Assembly: GCA_030130125.1 (NCBI GenBank)
Contig: JARZZM010000001.1
Location: 6,004 to 70,003 of the forward strand
Reading direction: 5' to 3'
Length of the DNA: 64,000 nt
Origin: Thermoproteota archaeon
Lineage (GTDB): Archaea; Korarchaeota; Korarchaeia; Korarchaeales; Korarchaeaceae
Positions 37,584 through 47,884 of the stretch are shown here, piece by piece (the stretch's first letter is position 1; every line of letters begins with the position of its first letter). The notes beneath the pieces were generated by a model that saw only the letters and a program-made list of their open reading frames with translations, was not told the DNA's origin and did not search any database. The position numbers and the translations under genes are program-made.

Positions 37584-38561
37584 ATGCTGCTAAAGGTGGA
37601 GAATCTGAAGAAGTATTTCCCGGTCGCTAAGACCTTCATAGAGCGGCTCCTCACGAGGGAAGAGAGGTACGTCAGGGCGGTGGACGGGATAAGCTTTCAC
37701 ATAGAGGAGGGAGAGGTCTTCTCACTAGTCGGGGAGTCGGGAAGCGGGAAGACCACAACTGGTAAAGTGGTGCTGAGGTTGATAGAGCCCACCTCCGGGA
37801 GGGTCATCTTCCAAGGGAGAGACATAACCTCCTTGGGCAAGAAGGAGCTCCGACTGATGAGGAGGCACATGCAGATAATATATCAGGACCCATACGCGTC
37901 CCTCAACCCTAGGATGAGGGTCGGAGAGGCCATAATGGATCCCCTGCTCATCCACAAGATAGCTGAGGGGAGAGAGGCCAAGGAAATGGTGCTGGAGATG
38001 CTCGAGAAGGTGGGACTCACGCCCCCGGAGACGTTCTTCAACTCCTATCCAGCTTACCTCAGCGGGGGACAGAGGCAGCGTGTCGCCATAGCTAGGGCCA
38101 TGATCACCAGACCCAAACTGGTGGTTGCTGATGAGCCAGTCAGCATGATCGACGTCTCACTGAGGGCTTCCATCTTGGATCTGATGATGGATCTCAGGAA
38201 GGAATTCGGCGTCGCCTACCTCTTCATAACCCACGATTTGGCCGTAGCCAAGTACATCTCTGACAGGATAGCCATAATGTACCTTGGCAAGATAGTCGAG
38301 CTAGGAAGGACGAAGGACCTATTCAAGAACCCCCTGCACCCCTACACCAAGGCTCTGCTGAGCGCCATACCCGTCCCTACCCCGGGCAAGAGGAAGGAGA
38401 GGCTGAGACTGGAGGGTGAGATCCCTTCAGCTATAGACATCCCTCCTGGATGCAGATTCCACCCGAGATGTCCCATGAGCTTCGAACCGTGCAATAAGGA
38501 GGAACCCGAGCTCATGGAGGTGGAGCCGGGTCACTTCGTGGCCTGTCACCTGTACACGTAG
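37584..38561 (+). CDS. dppF: Peptide ABC ATPase
   Basis: [24 protein letters not shown]...VACHL. Confidence 0.9.
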   Translation: MLLKVENLKKYFPVAKTFIERLLTREERYVRAVDGISFHIEEGEVFSLVGESGSGKTTTGKVVLRLIEPTSGRVIFQGRDITSLGKKELRLMRRHMQIIYQDPYASLNPRMRVGEAIMDPLLIHKIAEGREAKEMVLEMLEKVGLTPPETFFNSYPAYLSGGQRQRVAIARAMITRPKLVVADEPVSMIDVSLRASILDLMMDLRKEFGVAYLFITHDLAVAKYISDRIAIMYLGKIVELGRTKDLFKNPLHPYTKALLSAIPVPTPGKRKERLRLEGEIPSAIDIPPGCRFHPRCPMSFEPCNKEEPELMEVEPGHFVACHLYT

Positions 38562-38900
38562 AAAAATTTAACACTCCTTTTTTGAAGTAGCTAGCTGAGA
38601 GTAAAGCCATTTTGGGATAGTTGAGGCTTCCTAGGATGGCCATCGATCGCCAGAATGAATCTCCCCCCTAGAGTGAAATCCTTGGTGACCTATGCTGTAG
38701 CTGCATGTGAACCCTAACTTCTCATCCCTCACTGACCGCTCCGTGTGGTTTCCTTTCATTTGTAAGACCTCAGATATTAAATCCTCAAGATTCACCTTCG
38801 CGGCCAACAGGATCCATACCAGACGCTCTCGGCAGCCACTATATATAAACCCCCAGAAAGGTTTAAGAGCCCTAAAATTGATGGAAAAAGAGGAGGTTGA

Positions 38901-39206
38901 GTGAGAAAAACGGTAAGATCACTCGATGAGATCAGGACCATCCTCAAAAAGCATGAGAGCGAACTGAGGGAGAAGTACGGTGTGAAAAGAATCGGCATCT
39001 TTGGATCCATTGTCAGAGGAGAAGCTGGAGAGGAAAGCGATGTCGATATACTCGTCGAGTTCGAGAGGCCTATAGGACTCCTCAAATTTCTCGAGTTAGA
39101 GGAGTACATGAGCAACTTGATAGGTATGAAGGTTGATCTCGTATCTAAAAAGGCGCTTAAACCCCACATTGGGAAATACATCTTGGAAGAGGTCGTTATG
39201 GTGTGA
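38901..39206 (+). CDS. mntA: MntA-type minimal nucleotidyltransferase antitoxin
   Basis: GS-X10-DXD motif FGSIVRGEAGEESDVD. Confidence 0.85.
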   Translation: MRKTVRSLDEIRTILKKHESELREKYGVKRIGIFGSIVRGEAGEESDVDILVEFERPIGLLKFLELEEYMSNLIGMKVDLVSKKALKPHIGKYILEEVVMV

Positions 39207-39547
39207 AGAGGTCTTATAGGGACTACATCCTCGACATTCTCACATCTATTGATGAGATCGAAGAATTTACCGAGGGCATGGATTTCGAAGAGTTTATCGG
39301 AGACAGGAAGACTATAAACGCTGTTATCAGAAGCTTAGAAGTCATGGGAGAGGCCGCTAAGAAAATTCCACGCAAGATCAGAGAGAAATATCCAGATATT
39401 CCTTGGAAATACCTCGTAGGTATGAGGGATAAACTGATTCACGAGTACCATGGAGTAGACTTGGGGATCGTTTGGGAGGTCGTCAAGACCGAAATCCCCC
39501 CTCTGAGGCCGAGGTTTGAGAGGATTTTGAGAGAACTTGAGGAGTAA
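39203..39547 (+). CDS. hepT: HepT/DUF86 HEPN RNase toxin
   Basis: R-X4-H-X-Y motif GMRDKLIHEY; 4-bp overlap with mntA. Confidence 0.87.
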   Translation: MKRSYRDYILDILTSIDEIEEFTEGMDFEEFIGDRKTINAVIRSLEVMGEAAKKIPRKIREKYPDIPWKYLVGMRDKLIHEYHGVDLGIVWEVVKTEIPPLRPRFERILRELEE

Positions 39548-39678
39548 CCTCACTGCTCTCGTGATCTATTTCCTTCTATTCTCTCCCTTGCGCGGGACAT
39601 CCTCTTGCGGGAATGAGGAGTCAGCTTTCAGGCTGGAGGGAAGTACCGCTGGGAACTCAAAAGATAAGAGGGCTGGGC

Positions 39679-40566
39679 TCAGTGTTCGCCCTCCCTTCTA
39701 CCCTCCTTGGAGAGCCAGTCCTTCACGATCTCCATCAGCTCCATGGGTATCAGGAACTTTGTAGCCTCGGAGGAACCTATCACCTTCAGCCCATCCAAGT
39801 ACTGAAGCTTCATGGTCTTCTCATCCAACGCCTTCGCGACCTCGTCTATGGTCTTGAGGGCCAAGGCGTAGCCCTCAGCCTTGAGTATCTGGGCCTGCCT
39901 CTCACCCTCGGCCTTCAGTATGGCCGCCTGCTTTTCGCCCTCAGCTACCCTTATTGCCGCCTCCTTCTTTCCCTCAGCCTCTGTTACCATGGCCCTCCTG
40001 TTACGTTCAGCAGCCATCTGCTTTATCATGGCTTCCTGGACCGTTTTAGGAGGTAATATCTCCCTGATCTCTACGTTAGTTATCTTGACGCCCCATCGCT
40101 CGGTCACCTCATCGAGCTTAACTCTCAGGATGTTGTTTATCTCATCTCTCTTTGCTAGGACCTCATCAAGCATCATCTCACCTATGACCGCTCTCAGTGT
40201 GGTGGTAGCTATTCCTATTGCCGCCCCCTTGAAGTCCGACACGTTGAGGACGCTCGCCATGGGATCCACCACCTTGTAGTAGACGATGAAGTCTATATCG
40301 GTGGGGGCGTTGTCCTTCGTTATGCAGGTCTGATGCGGCACATCGAAGTAGCTCTCCCTCAGGTCTATCCATATTATTTGGTCAATTATAGGAACCCTGA
40401 ATACTATACCGGGCCCTTTCACCCCTAGAAACCTGCCCAGCCTCAGAATTACAAGCCTCTTGAACTCAGGCACTATTTTAATTGCCGAAGCTAGGAACAG
40501 GATCAGGATAAAGACGACAACAGCTATAAGGAACTCTGACAGACCCAAAACTACAGCTTGGATCAT
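39679..40566 (-). CDS. SPFH/stomatin (band 7) protein
   Basis: RLGRF, IDLRE, ITKDN, TLRAVIG, WGVKI..VEI; coiled coil with AEG repeats. Confidence 0.9.
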   Translation of the reverse strand: MIQAVVLGLSEFLIAVVVFILILFLASAIKIVPEFKRLVILRLGRFLGVKGPGIVFRVPIIDQIIWIDLRESYFDVPHQTCITKDNAPTDIDFIVYYKVVDPMASVLNVSDFKGAAIGIATTTLRAVIGEMMLDEVLAKRDEINNILRVKLDEVTERWGVKITNVEIREILPPKTVQEAMIKQMAAERNRRAMVTEAEGKKEAAIRVAEGEKQAAILKAEGERQAQILKAEGYALALKTIDEVAKALDEKTMKLQYLDGLKVIGSSEATKFLIPMELMEIVKDWLSKEGRREGEH

Positions 40567-41840
40567 TCTCTCACCACCTTGACCTTAAAACCTTCAATAT
40601 CAACTATCCTCACCCTCTCCCCCTCCTCTATGCTCTCATTTGAAACGGCAGTCCAGAGCTCAGAGCCAACGAGTACCACCCCCTCTCTATCCGGCCTTAT
40701 AGCGACCTTAACTACTCCTGTTTTACCTATTACGTTTTCTGGACTAAGGGGACTTGTTCTTTTAGACAGGATCTCCCTTATCTTGTACAGATAGAACCCG
40801 ACAAGTCCGGAGAAAACAACTAGAGATACAATCACGGCTTCGACACTTAAGGTGGGTGCTATCAGTGGTCCAGATTCGTACACAAGCAGCAGGCCAATAG
40901 CGGAGATCACAGCACCCGTCAGGGCTAGGAAACCGTGACCGGTCTTCAACTCGAGGAATATGGTCGTCGCTCCCATCACCATGAGTATTATAGCCGCTAG
41001 ACTCGCCCCGATAAGGCCGAACGCGTAGAGGCCCAGCACTATCATTATGGTTCCACCGGCCTCCATCACGAAGGTCGGGTGCGTCAGTCCAAGCAGCACG
41101 AGTATTATGCCCAGAATGAATATGACCCAAGCGTTCAGCGGATCCGTTATGACGAGGAGGAGGGATACCCTTACATCCGGGTAATATTCCTCTGTATCTC
41201 TGGGCCAGCCCATCCTCTCCAGCGCTTCTAGAGAATTCTTCGCCGTGCAGTCCGCTATTCCGTACTTCGAGGCCTCCTCAGCGGTCAGAGCCAAATTCTC
41301 CCTAACGAACAGTTCCGCAGCCGTTGAGTTCTTACCTGAAACCTCAGCTAAGCTCTTCATCCAGCTGGAGAGGGCGTTCACCACCTTCTCATCTCTCGGT
41401 CTAGGTTCAGCCGCCCCTATGGAAGATCCAGGTCCCATACATATCTTATCCGCGGACAGTGCTATGAAGGCGCCAGCCGAGAATGCCCTCCCACCGGATG
41501 GGATGTAGACGGCCACCCTCACCGGTGAAGAGCTGATTGTCCCGACTATCCGCTCAGTCGGCTGGAGGAACCCTCCATCGGTGTTGAGGACTATGAGCAC
41601 ATCCATGTCCCTGCTCTCAGCAAGCTTCACTCCGGACGCGATGTACTCCGCCACGCCCTCTGTGATGGTACCTTCTATCCTCAGTAAGAGGGCTCTACCA
41701 CCACTGGAGGCCTGCAGGAGAGGGGGAAGCATGAGTGAGAGCATCAGTAATACGGTAAGCTTTGACCTTCTCATGGCTCTACTCATGAACAGTAAGTATG
41801 GAAATTTAACCGTTGTTTTTTGGAGAGCTCCTGATACCAC
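40563..41840 (-). CDS. nfeD: NfeD long form (ClpP-like serine protease, TM region, OB fold), stomatin operon partner
   Basis: LNTDGG, AFSAG..I, GAAEP, C-terminal G.V.VGSELW.A. Confidence 0.88.
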   Translation of the reverse strand: MVSGALQKTTVKFPYLLFMSRAMRRSKLTVLLMLSLMLPPLLQASSGGRALLLRIEGTITEGVAEYIASGVKLAESRDMDVLIVLNTDGGFLQPTERIVGTISSSPVRVAVYIPSGGRAFSAGAFIALSADKICMGPGSSIGAAEPRPRDEKVVNALSSWMKSLAEVSGKNSTAAELFVRENLALTAEEASKYGIADCTAKNSLEALERMGWPRDTEEYYPDVRVSLLLVITDPLNAWVIFILGIILVLLGLTHPTFVMEAGGTIMIVLGLYAFGLIGASLAAIILMVMGATTIFLELKTGHGFLALTGAVISAIGLLLVYESGPLIAPTLSVEAVIVSLVVFSGLVGFYLYKIREILSKRTSPLSPENVIGKTGVVKVAIRPDREGVVLVGSELWTAVSNESIEEGERVRIVDIEGFKVKVVRE

Positions 41841-42069
41841 GAGTTCTCCTTAAAGGGACGGGAAGCGTGGATGACACTTAGACACCTAGCTGCGCTAATT
41901 CTATGTTACTATGTCGAAAACCTGTCCTATTGATAGAGGATCGTCGATAGATGTATGGAAAGATGGATCTCTCTGAGGCGTACGACCCCTCCCTCGAACC
42001 GGAAAAACTTTTTGTTGAAAAAGGGAAAAATACATGATCTATCCAAGCCTGTGCTCCCCTATCTGAGGT

Positions 42070-42090
42070 CAAGATTTATATTTGTCAGAT
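42070..42090 (+). promoter_or_regulatory. Promoter of peptide ABC operon 2
   Basis: CAAG-AT-TTATATT-TG-TCAGAT; TATA ends 43 nt before the ATG. Confidence 0.6.
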
Positions 42091-42124
42091 TTTAGGGCTT
42101 ATCTAACCACACTGGGTGTTCTAG

Positions 42125-43828
42125 ATGAGTGGGAAAGATTGGATAATCGTTATAGTCCTCCTGATCGTGGGGCTCCTCATAGGGTATTTTGCCGCGGGCC
42201 CCGGTAAGACAACCACTGTCACCGTGACACAGACCTCTGTCAAGACCGTGACCGTGACCCGGACTGCTGGCGCCCCTCCAGCTCCCACCACGACTAAGAC
42301 GACCACCACCCAGCCCAAGGCCCGGATGAAGACCCCCGCTGATACCCTGATAATAGCTATGGATACCAGCGATGCGGTCTCTATGGATCCGGCTAGGGCT
42401 TATGAGTTCACCTCATGCTTCGTTGTCAACCAGCTTTATGATAAGCTTGTGGATTTCGAGCTTCCTGATCTGGTCAATGTTAAGCCCGAGGTCGCTGAGA
42501 AGTGGGAAGTCAGCGAAGATGGCAAGGTTTGGACCTTCCATATAAGGAAGGGTATTAAGTTCGCTAGCGGTAATCCCCTCACCGCCGATGATGTCGTTTA
42601 CTCCCTCCAGAGGGTAATCAAGCTTAAGCAGACCGCTTCTTGGGTTCTTACCCAGTTCGTCTCCACTCCCGAGCAGATAGAGAAGATCGATGACTACACC
42701 GTCAAGATAACCTTAGATAAGCCAGTAGCTCCGAGCTTCTTCCTCGCTACCCTGACGTTCACGACTTCCGCAGTCGTAGATAAGCAGGTGGTCGAGGCCC
42801 ATGCGAAGAACGGGGACATGGGAAGCGATTGGATGACCGATCACAGCGCCGGTAGCGGTCCGTTCGTCCTAGAGAAGTGGGATAGGGAGGCCGAAATAGT
42901 CCTTAAGGCCAACCCATACTACTGGAAGCCAGGTCAGCCAGCTGTGAAGAGGGTGATCATAAAGCATGTTCCCGAGCCCACGGATCAGCTCCTCCTGATA
43001 AAGAAGGGGGATGTTGACATAGCAACTGACTTGACCGCAGAGCAGGTCAAACAGGTTGAGGGTACGCCCGGAATAAACGTGATAAAGGTGGAGAGGACTC
43101 ACATAGTCTACTTGGGAATGAACGTTGCCGTGAAACCGTTGGACAAGGAAGAGGTTAGGGATGCGATCAGGTACTGTATAGACTATGACAGCATAATAAA
43201 CGACATCCTGCTTGGAGCAGCGATAAAGTGGCAGACTGTCATTCCAAAGGGTCTGCTCGGAGCGAACCCGAAGACCCCCTACAAGAAGGATGTGGCCAAG
43301 GCCAAGGAACTCTTAGCTAAGGCCGGTGTGGCCAATGGATTCACCATAGAGCTGACCACGCCGCCGACCTATCCTCAGATAGACATAGCAACCAAGATAC
43401 AGGCAGACCTGGCCGAGTGCGGCATCAAGGTGAAGATCGTGCAGATGACCCAGTCCGAGATGTACGAGAAGTATAGAAAGCAAGGTCTTCAGCTTGTGCT
43501 CGCAGGTTGGGGATCTGACTATCCGGATCCGGACAACAACGCTAAGGCCTTCGGTGACTACAGGGTGAAACAGCTCGCTTGGAGGAACTCTTGGTACGAT
43601 GACCACGCCGCCGACCTCGCTGAGAAGGCGGCCGTGGAGTTCGACAACAGTAAGAGGAAGCAGATGTACCTCGAGCTCACTGACTACATACTCGACCACG
43701 GACCCTACGCGATCCTCTACCAGACCCTCGCCCAGCACGTAGCGAGGGACTACGTGAAGAACTATCTGCCCGATCCGACGTTCTTCCTCGAGGACCTCTC
43801 TAAGGTGTCAAAGGCTGGAGGGAGCTGA
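42125..43828 (+). CDS. dppA: Oligopeptide/dipeptide ABC substrate-binding protein (family 5), second system
   Basis: MDPA.AY, LYDKL, KFASGNPLTADDV.YS, GSGPF, GWGSDYPDPD. Confidence 0.9.
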   Translation: MSGKDWIIVIVLLIVGLLIGYFAAGPGKTTTVTVTQTSVKTVTVTRTAGAPPAPTTTKTTTTQPKARMKTPADTLIIAMDTSDAVSMDPARAYEFTSCFVVNQLYDKLVDFELPDLVNVKPEVAEKWEVSEDGKVWTFHIRKGIKFASGNPLTADDVVYSLQRVIKLKQTASWVLTQFVSTPEQIEKIDDYTVKITLDKPVAPSFFLATLTFTTSAVVDKQVVEAHAKNGDMGSDWMTDHSAGSGPFVLEKWDREAEIVLKANPYYWKPGQPAVKRVIIKHVPEPTDQLLLIKKGDVDIATDLTAEQVKQVEGTPGINVIKVERTHIVYLGMNVAVKPLDKEEVRDAIRYCIDYDSIINDILLGAAIKWQTVIPKGLLGANPKTPYKKDVAKAKELLAKAGVANGFTIELTTPPTYPQIDIATKIQADLAECGIKVKIVQMTQSEMYEKYRKQGLQLVLAGWGSDYPDPDNNAKAFGDYRVKQLAWRNSWYDDHAADLAEKAAVEFDNSKRKQMYLELTDYILDHGPYAILYQTLAQHVARDYVKNYLPDPTFFLEDLSKVSKAGGS

Positions 43829-43830
43829 GA

Positions 43831-43853
43831 CTCCCCTTCCCTTTTTCTCTTCC
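43831..43853 (+). terminator. C/T-rich pyrimidine tract after dppA2; putative internal terminator
   Basis: CTCCCCTTCCCTTTTTCTCTTCC right after the stop. Confidence 0.5.
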
Positions 43854-43865
43854 GGGGGGTAGCTG

Positions 43866-44879
43866 TTGGACCTTAAGACGTACATATTGAGGCGTCTGGC
43901 CCTAATGTTGTTCGTCCTATTCGGAATAATTGTGATTACGTTTATCGTGTCTCATGTGATTCCTGCTGATCCGATAGGGGCCATTCTGGGACCTCAAGCT
44001 CCTCCCGAGCTTATAGAGAAGGTTAGAAGGGAGTGGGGATTCGATAAGCCCCTTCCCGAGCAGTTCGTTGACTACATGGTGAACTTACTCCACGGTAACT
44101 TAGGCAAGTCCATAAGAACGAATAAGCCGGTGGCAGAGGACCTCATGAAGTTCTTTCCCGCGACGATCGAACTGGCGACGGCGGCGATGATAGTTGCCAT
44201 AGTGATAGGGATACCCCTCGGTATAATCTCGGCCGTGAAGAAGGACAAGTGGCCCGACCACATCTCCAGAATATTCGCCCTTATGGGAGTGAGCATGCCC
44301 GTCTTCTGGCTGGGTCTCATCCTGCTCTTCGTCCTCTACTACCAGCTGGGGATATTCCCAGGGCCTGGTAGGCTGGATCCAGGGATAGAGACCCCACCCA
44401 GAATAACTGGTATCTTAACACTCGATAGCCTGATTACCGGGAACTTCGAGGCGTTCACGAATGCCGTATGGCATCTCATACTCCCCTCATTCGTCTTGGG
44501 CTACTACGCATCTGCATCAATCACTAGGATCACTAGGACATCCTTACTCGAGGTCATGACCCAAGACTTCATAAGGACGGCCAGAGCTAAGGGCCTGTCC
44601 GAGAGGGTCGTGCTGTTCAGGCACGCCCTGAGGAACGCGCTCATACCCACTACGACCGTCATAGGGATGGCTTACGGAAGCCTGCTAGAGGGTGCGATAC
44701 TCACGGAGACCATATTCGCTTGGCCCGGATTGGGGAGGTACTCAACAGGTGCGTTCCTGTCCGTGGATTTCTTGGCGGTTATGGGGTCCACCTTGCTGAT
44801 AGCGGTGATCTACTCAGTGGCCAACTTGGTCGTGGACATACTCTACGCGTTCCTCGATCCGAGGATAAGGTACGCCTGA
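43866..44879 (+). CDS. dppB: Peptide ABC permease
   Basis: GFDKPL, GNLGKS, RTARAKGL...HALRNALIP, DPRIRY. Confidence 0.9.
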   Translation: MDLKTYILRRLALMLFVLFGIIVITFIVSHVIPADPIGAILGPQAPPELIEKVRREWGFDKPLPEQFVDYMVNLLHGNLGKSIRTNKPVAEDLMKFFPATIELATAAMIVAIVIGIPLGIISAVKKDKWPDHISRIFALMGVSMPVFWLGLILLFVLYYQLGIFPGPGRLDPGIETPPRITGILTLDSLITGNFEAFTNAVWHLILPSFVLGYYASASITRITRTSLLEVMTQDFIRTARAKGLSERVVLFRHALRNALIPTTTVIGMAYGSLLEGAILTETIFAWPGLGRYSTGAFLSVDFLAVMGSTLLIAVIYSVANLVVDILYAFLDPRIRYA

Positions 44880-44891
44880 GGAGGTGCTCTC

Positions 44892-45776
44892 ATGAACGTA
44901 GGGGAGAAGATCAGAGGTCTGATGGAGTACTTCAGATCCGAGGACTTCAAGATAACCCTTATACTGGTGAAGAAGAGCCCTCTCACGGTCTTGGGACTCG
45001 CTCTGACCATATTTCTAGTGTTGGTGGCGATTTTCGCACCCTTCATAGCACCCTACGATCCCATAAAGCAGGACCTCAAGAACAGGCTCCAGCCCCCCAG
45101 CTGGGAGCACCCCTTCGGCACCGATCAGCTCGGAAGGGATATATTCAGCAGGGTGGTCTGGGGATCTAGGATCTCACTGTTTATAGCCCTTATAGTTGTC
45201 GCTATCTCATTCACCGTCGGAACTACCATAGGCATAATCTCCGGCTACTTCGGGGGTAAGGTCGACGAGGTTCTTATGAGGATCACGGACATGTTCATGG
45301 CATTCCCCAGACTGGTACTCGCCTTGGCCGTGGCTGCCGCTCTAGGACCCGGGCTCTTCAACACCATGCTCGCCATAGCCTTCGTCTCTTGGGTCTACTA
45401 CGCCAGGCTGGCTAGGGCCAGCACCCTCCAGATAAGGGAGGAGGTGTATATAGAGGCAGCTAGGGCGATAGGGGCCAGCGACAAGAGGATACTATTTCTC
45501 CATGTCCTCCCGATGGTCATCGCGCCGGTAGTAGTTCAAGCCACCCTTGACATGGGCGGGACCATCCTCACCGCAGCCGGCCTCGGTTTCCTCGGACTGG
45601 GTGTCCAGCCCCCCACCCCGGAGTGGGGAGTCATGGTCAGCGAGGGGAGGAGGTTCATAACTGAGCAGTGGTGGGTTTCCACATTCCCCGGTTTCGCGAT
45701 ACTCTTGGCAACGCTGGGCTTCAACCTGCTGGGCGACGGGATAAACGACATACTGAATGTCAGGGCGAGGAGGTGA
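44892..45776 (+). CDS. dppC: Peptide ABC permease
   Basis: HPFGTDQLGRDIFSRV, YIEAARAIGA, PEWG. Confidence 0.9.
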   Translation: MNVGEKIRGLMEYFRSEDFKITLILVKKSPLTVLGLALTIFLVLVAIFAPFIAPYDPIKQDLKNRLQPPSWEHPFGTDQLGRDIFSRVVWGSRISLFIALIVVAISFTVGTTIGIISGYFGGKVDEVLMRITDMFMAFPRLVLALAVAAALGPGLFNTMLAIAFVSWVYYARLARASTLQIREEVYIEAARAIGASDKRILFLHVLPMVIAPVVVQATLDMGGTILTAAGLGFLGLGVQPPTPEWGVMVSEGRRFITEQWWVSTFPGFAILLATLGFNLLGDGINDILNVRARR

Positions 45777-45780
45777 TTGA

Positions 45781-46770
45781 GTGAGCGGCAACGGGAAAGG
45801 AGAGAATCTCTTGGAGATCAGGGATCTGTACGTTCAATTCCACACCCTGAGAGGCATAGTCAAGGCCATAGATGGCGTCAACTTGGAGGTGGGACATGGC
45901 GAGGTCTTGGGTCTCGTGGGGGAGACTGGCAGCGGCAAGACGGTGACGGGCCTCAGTATACTCAGGTTACTGGAGCAAAACGCCGAGATCACCGGAGGGG
46001 AGATAATATTTCAGGGGAGAGACCTGCTCAAGCTGCCCCTCAAGGAGATCCTGAAGATAAGGGGGAGAGATATCTCAATGATTTTCCAAGAGCCGAAGGC
46101 CGCCCTGAACCCGGTCATGCAGGTGGGTGATCAGGTGGCCGAGTCCTTCCTAGTGCACGAGGAGATCTCCAAGAAGGAGGCGAGGGAGAGAGTCCTAGAG
46201 ATATTCAGGAGGGTGGGCCTCCCCGACCCCGGAAGGGTGTACAAGAGCTATCCCCACGAGCTCAGCGGGGGAATGGCTCAGAGGGTCGTGATATCGATGG
46301 CGCTCGCCCTGAAGCCGAAGCTGCTCATAGCCGACGAACCTACCTCCGCTCTGGATGTGACCATACAGGCCCAGATAATGGATCTCTTTCGCGAGCTGAT
46401 AGATGAGATGGGAACCAGCGTCATCTACATAACCCACGACATGGCCCTAGCTGCGGAGATAAGCGACAGGATCGCGGTGATGTACGCCGGTAGAATAGTG
46501 GAGGTGGCCGACACTGAAACGATATTCGAGAATCCCCTACATCCCTATACCCAGGGGCTGCTGAAATCCATACCCAAGCCTAGATACAGGGGGAAGCTCT
46601 TCTCGATGGAAGGGGAGATACCCCCCCTGATAAATCCGCCCTCGGGCTGCAGGTTCCATCCTCGCTGCCCGAAGAGATTCGAACCGTGCGACAAGGAGGT
46701 GCCCAAGCTGATAGAGGTAGAACCGGGGCATAAGGTGGCCTGCTTCCTGTTCGGGGGTGCGTCCAAATGA
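45781..46770 (+). CDS. dppD: Peptide ABC ATPase
   Basis: [28 protein letters not shown]. Confidence 0.9.
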   Translation: MSGNGKGENLLEIRDLYVQFHTLRGIVKAIDGVNLEVGHGEVLGLVGETGSGKTVTGLSILRLLEQNAEITGGEIIFQGRDLLKLPLKEILKIRGRDISMIFQEPKAALNPVMQVGDQVAESFLVHEEISKKEARERVLEIFRRVGLPDPGRVYKSYPHELSGGMAQRVVISMALALKPKLLIADEPTSALDVTIQAQIMDLFRELIDEMGTSVIYITHDMALAAEISDRIAVMYAGRIVEVADTETIFENPLHPYTQGLLKSIPKPRYRGKLFSMEGEIPPLINPPSGCRFHPRCPKRFEPCDKEVPKLIEVEPGHKVACFLFGGASK

Positions 46771-47762
46771 TGCTGGAGGTTCAGGATCTCAGGAAGTACT
46801 TCCCCGTCCGCGGTGGCGTGATGATGAGGGTGATCGGTCACGTGAAGGCGGTAGACGGGGTCTCCATATCCATAGAGAAGGGAGAGATCTTCGGCCTGGT
46901 GGGCGAGTCGGGAAGCGGTAAGACGACCTTGGGCAGGACGGTCCTCAAGCTGACCGAGCCCACTGGTGGTAGGATAATCTTCGATGGGAGGGACATAACC
47001 GATCTCTCGGGCAAGGAACTCATTCCCCTGAGGAGGGAGATGCAGATAGTCTTCCAGGACCCGTATAAGGCCCTTCATCCGAGGAAGAGGGTGAAGGACA
47101 TAGTTGGTGAACCCCTGATCATACACGAGGGGGCCAGCGATACGGAGGTGAGGAAAAGGGTAGCGGAGATACTCAAGCTGGTGGGACTGAATGTAGAGCA
47201 CATGGACAGGTACCCGCACGAGTTCTCGGGAGGGCAAAGGCAGAGAATAGTCATAGCTAGGGCCCTGATCCTGAGGCCCAAGTTCATGGTGCTCGATGAA
47301 CCTACCTCTGCCTTGGATGTGAGCGTTCAGGCTAAGATACTCAACCTGCTGAGCGATCTCAAGGAACAGTTCGACCTCACCTTCCTGCTGATAAGCCACA
47401 ACTTGGCAGTAGTACAGCACATGAGCAACAGGATCGGCGTGATGTACCTCGGGAAGCTCATGGAGGTAGCTTCCTCGCAGGAACTCTTCGAGAAACCGCT
47501 TCATCCCTACACGAAGGCCCTGATATCGGCCATCCCAATACCCGACCCTAAGCTGGCCAAGAAGAAGAGGAAGATGACCCTCAGGGGAGAGATACCAAGT
47601 CCCCTGCACCCGCCCTCAGGCTGCAGGTTCCACACTAGGTGCCCGTTCGCCGAGGAGATCTGCGAGAGGGAGGAACCACCTCTGAGGGAGGTGGAGCCAG
47701 GCCATTGGGTGGCGTGTCACTTCTGGGATGAGTTGAGGGAGGTGGAAGTGTTAAATGCCTGA
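46767..47762 (+). CDS. dppF: Peptide ABC ATPase
   Basis: [28 protein letters not shown]. Confidence 0.9.
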   Translation: MMLEVQDLRKYFPVRGGVMMRVIGHVKAVDGVSISIEKGEIFGLVGESGSGKTTLGRTVLKLTEPTGGRIIFDGRDITDLSGKELIPLRREMQIVFQDPYKALHPRKRVKDIVGEPLIIHEGASDTEVRKRVAEILKLVGLNVEHMDRYPHEFSGGQRQRIVIARALILRPKFMVLDEPTSALDVSVQAKILNLLSDLKEQFDLTFLLISHNLAVVQHMSNRIGVMYLGKLMEVASSQELFEKPLHPYTKALISAIPIPDPKLAKKKRKMTLRGEIPSPLHPPSGCRFHTRCPFAEEICEREEPPLREVEPGHWVACHFWDELREVEVLNA

Positions 47763-47884
47763 GGATGGGGATGAGGAGGTTGAGCTCGAGTGGAAGGATT
47801 ACTTAGCCTTCGTGATCGCCCTCTTAACCACAAACCTCCTCCCCCTCATTCTGATAGGGATCCTAATGGTGATCCTCTCGTACT

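Noticed and set aside
38590-38830. Possible PIN-domain remnant on the minus strand (HAATA*, VTKDF)
   Set aside because: Only two very short motif-like pieces; cannot be distinguished from chance without a search
41860-42050. Short ORF MDLSEAYDPSLEPEKLFVEKGKNT in the nfeD/dppA2 gap
   Set aside because: 24 codons, no support; the region is better explained as divergent promoters
46545-47609. 354-aa minus-strand ORF
   Set aside because: Antisense shadow of dppD/dppF; no motifs; explained by codon bias of the real genes
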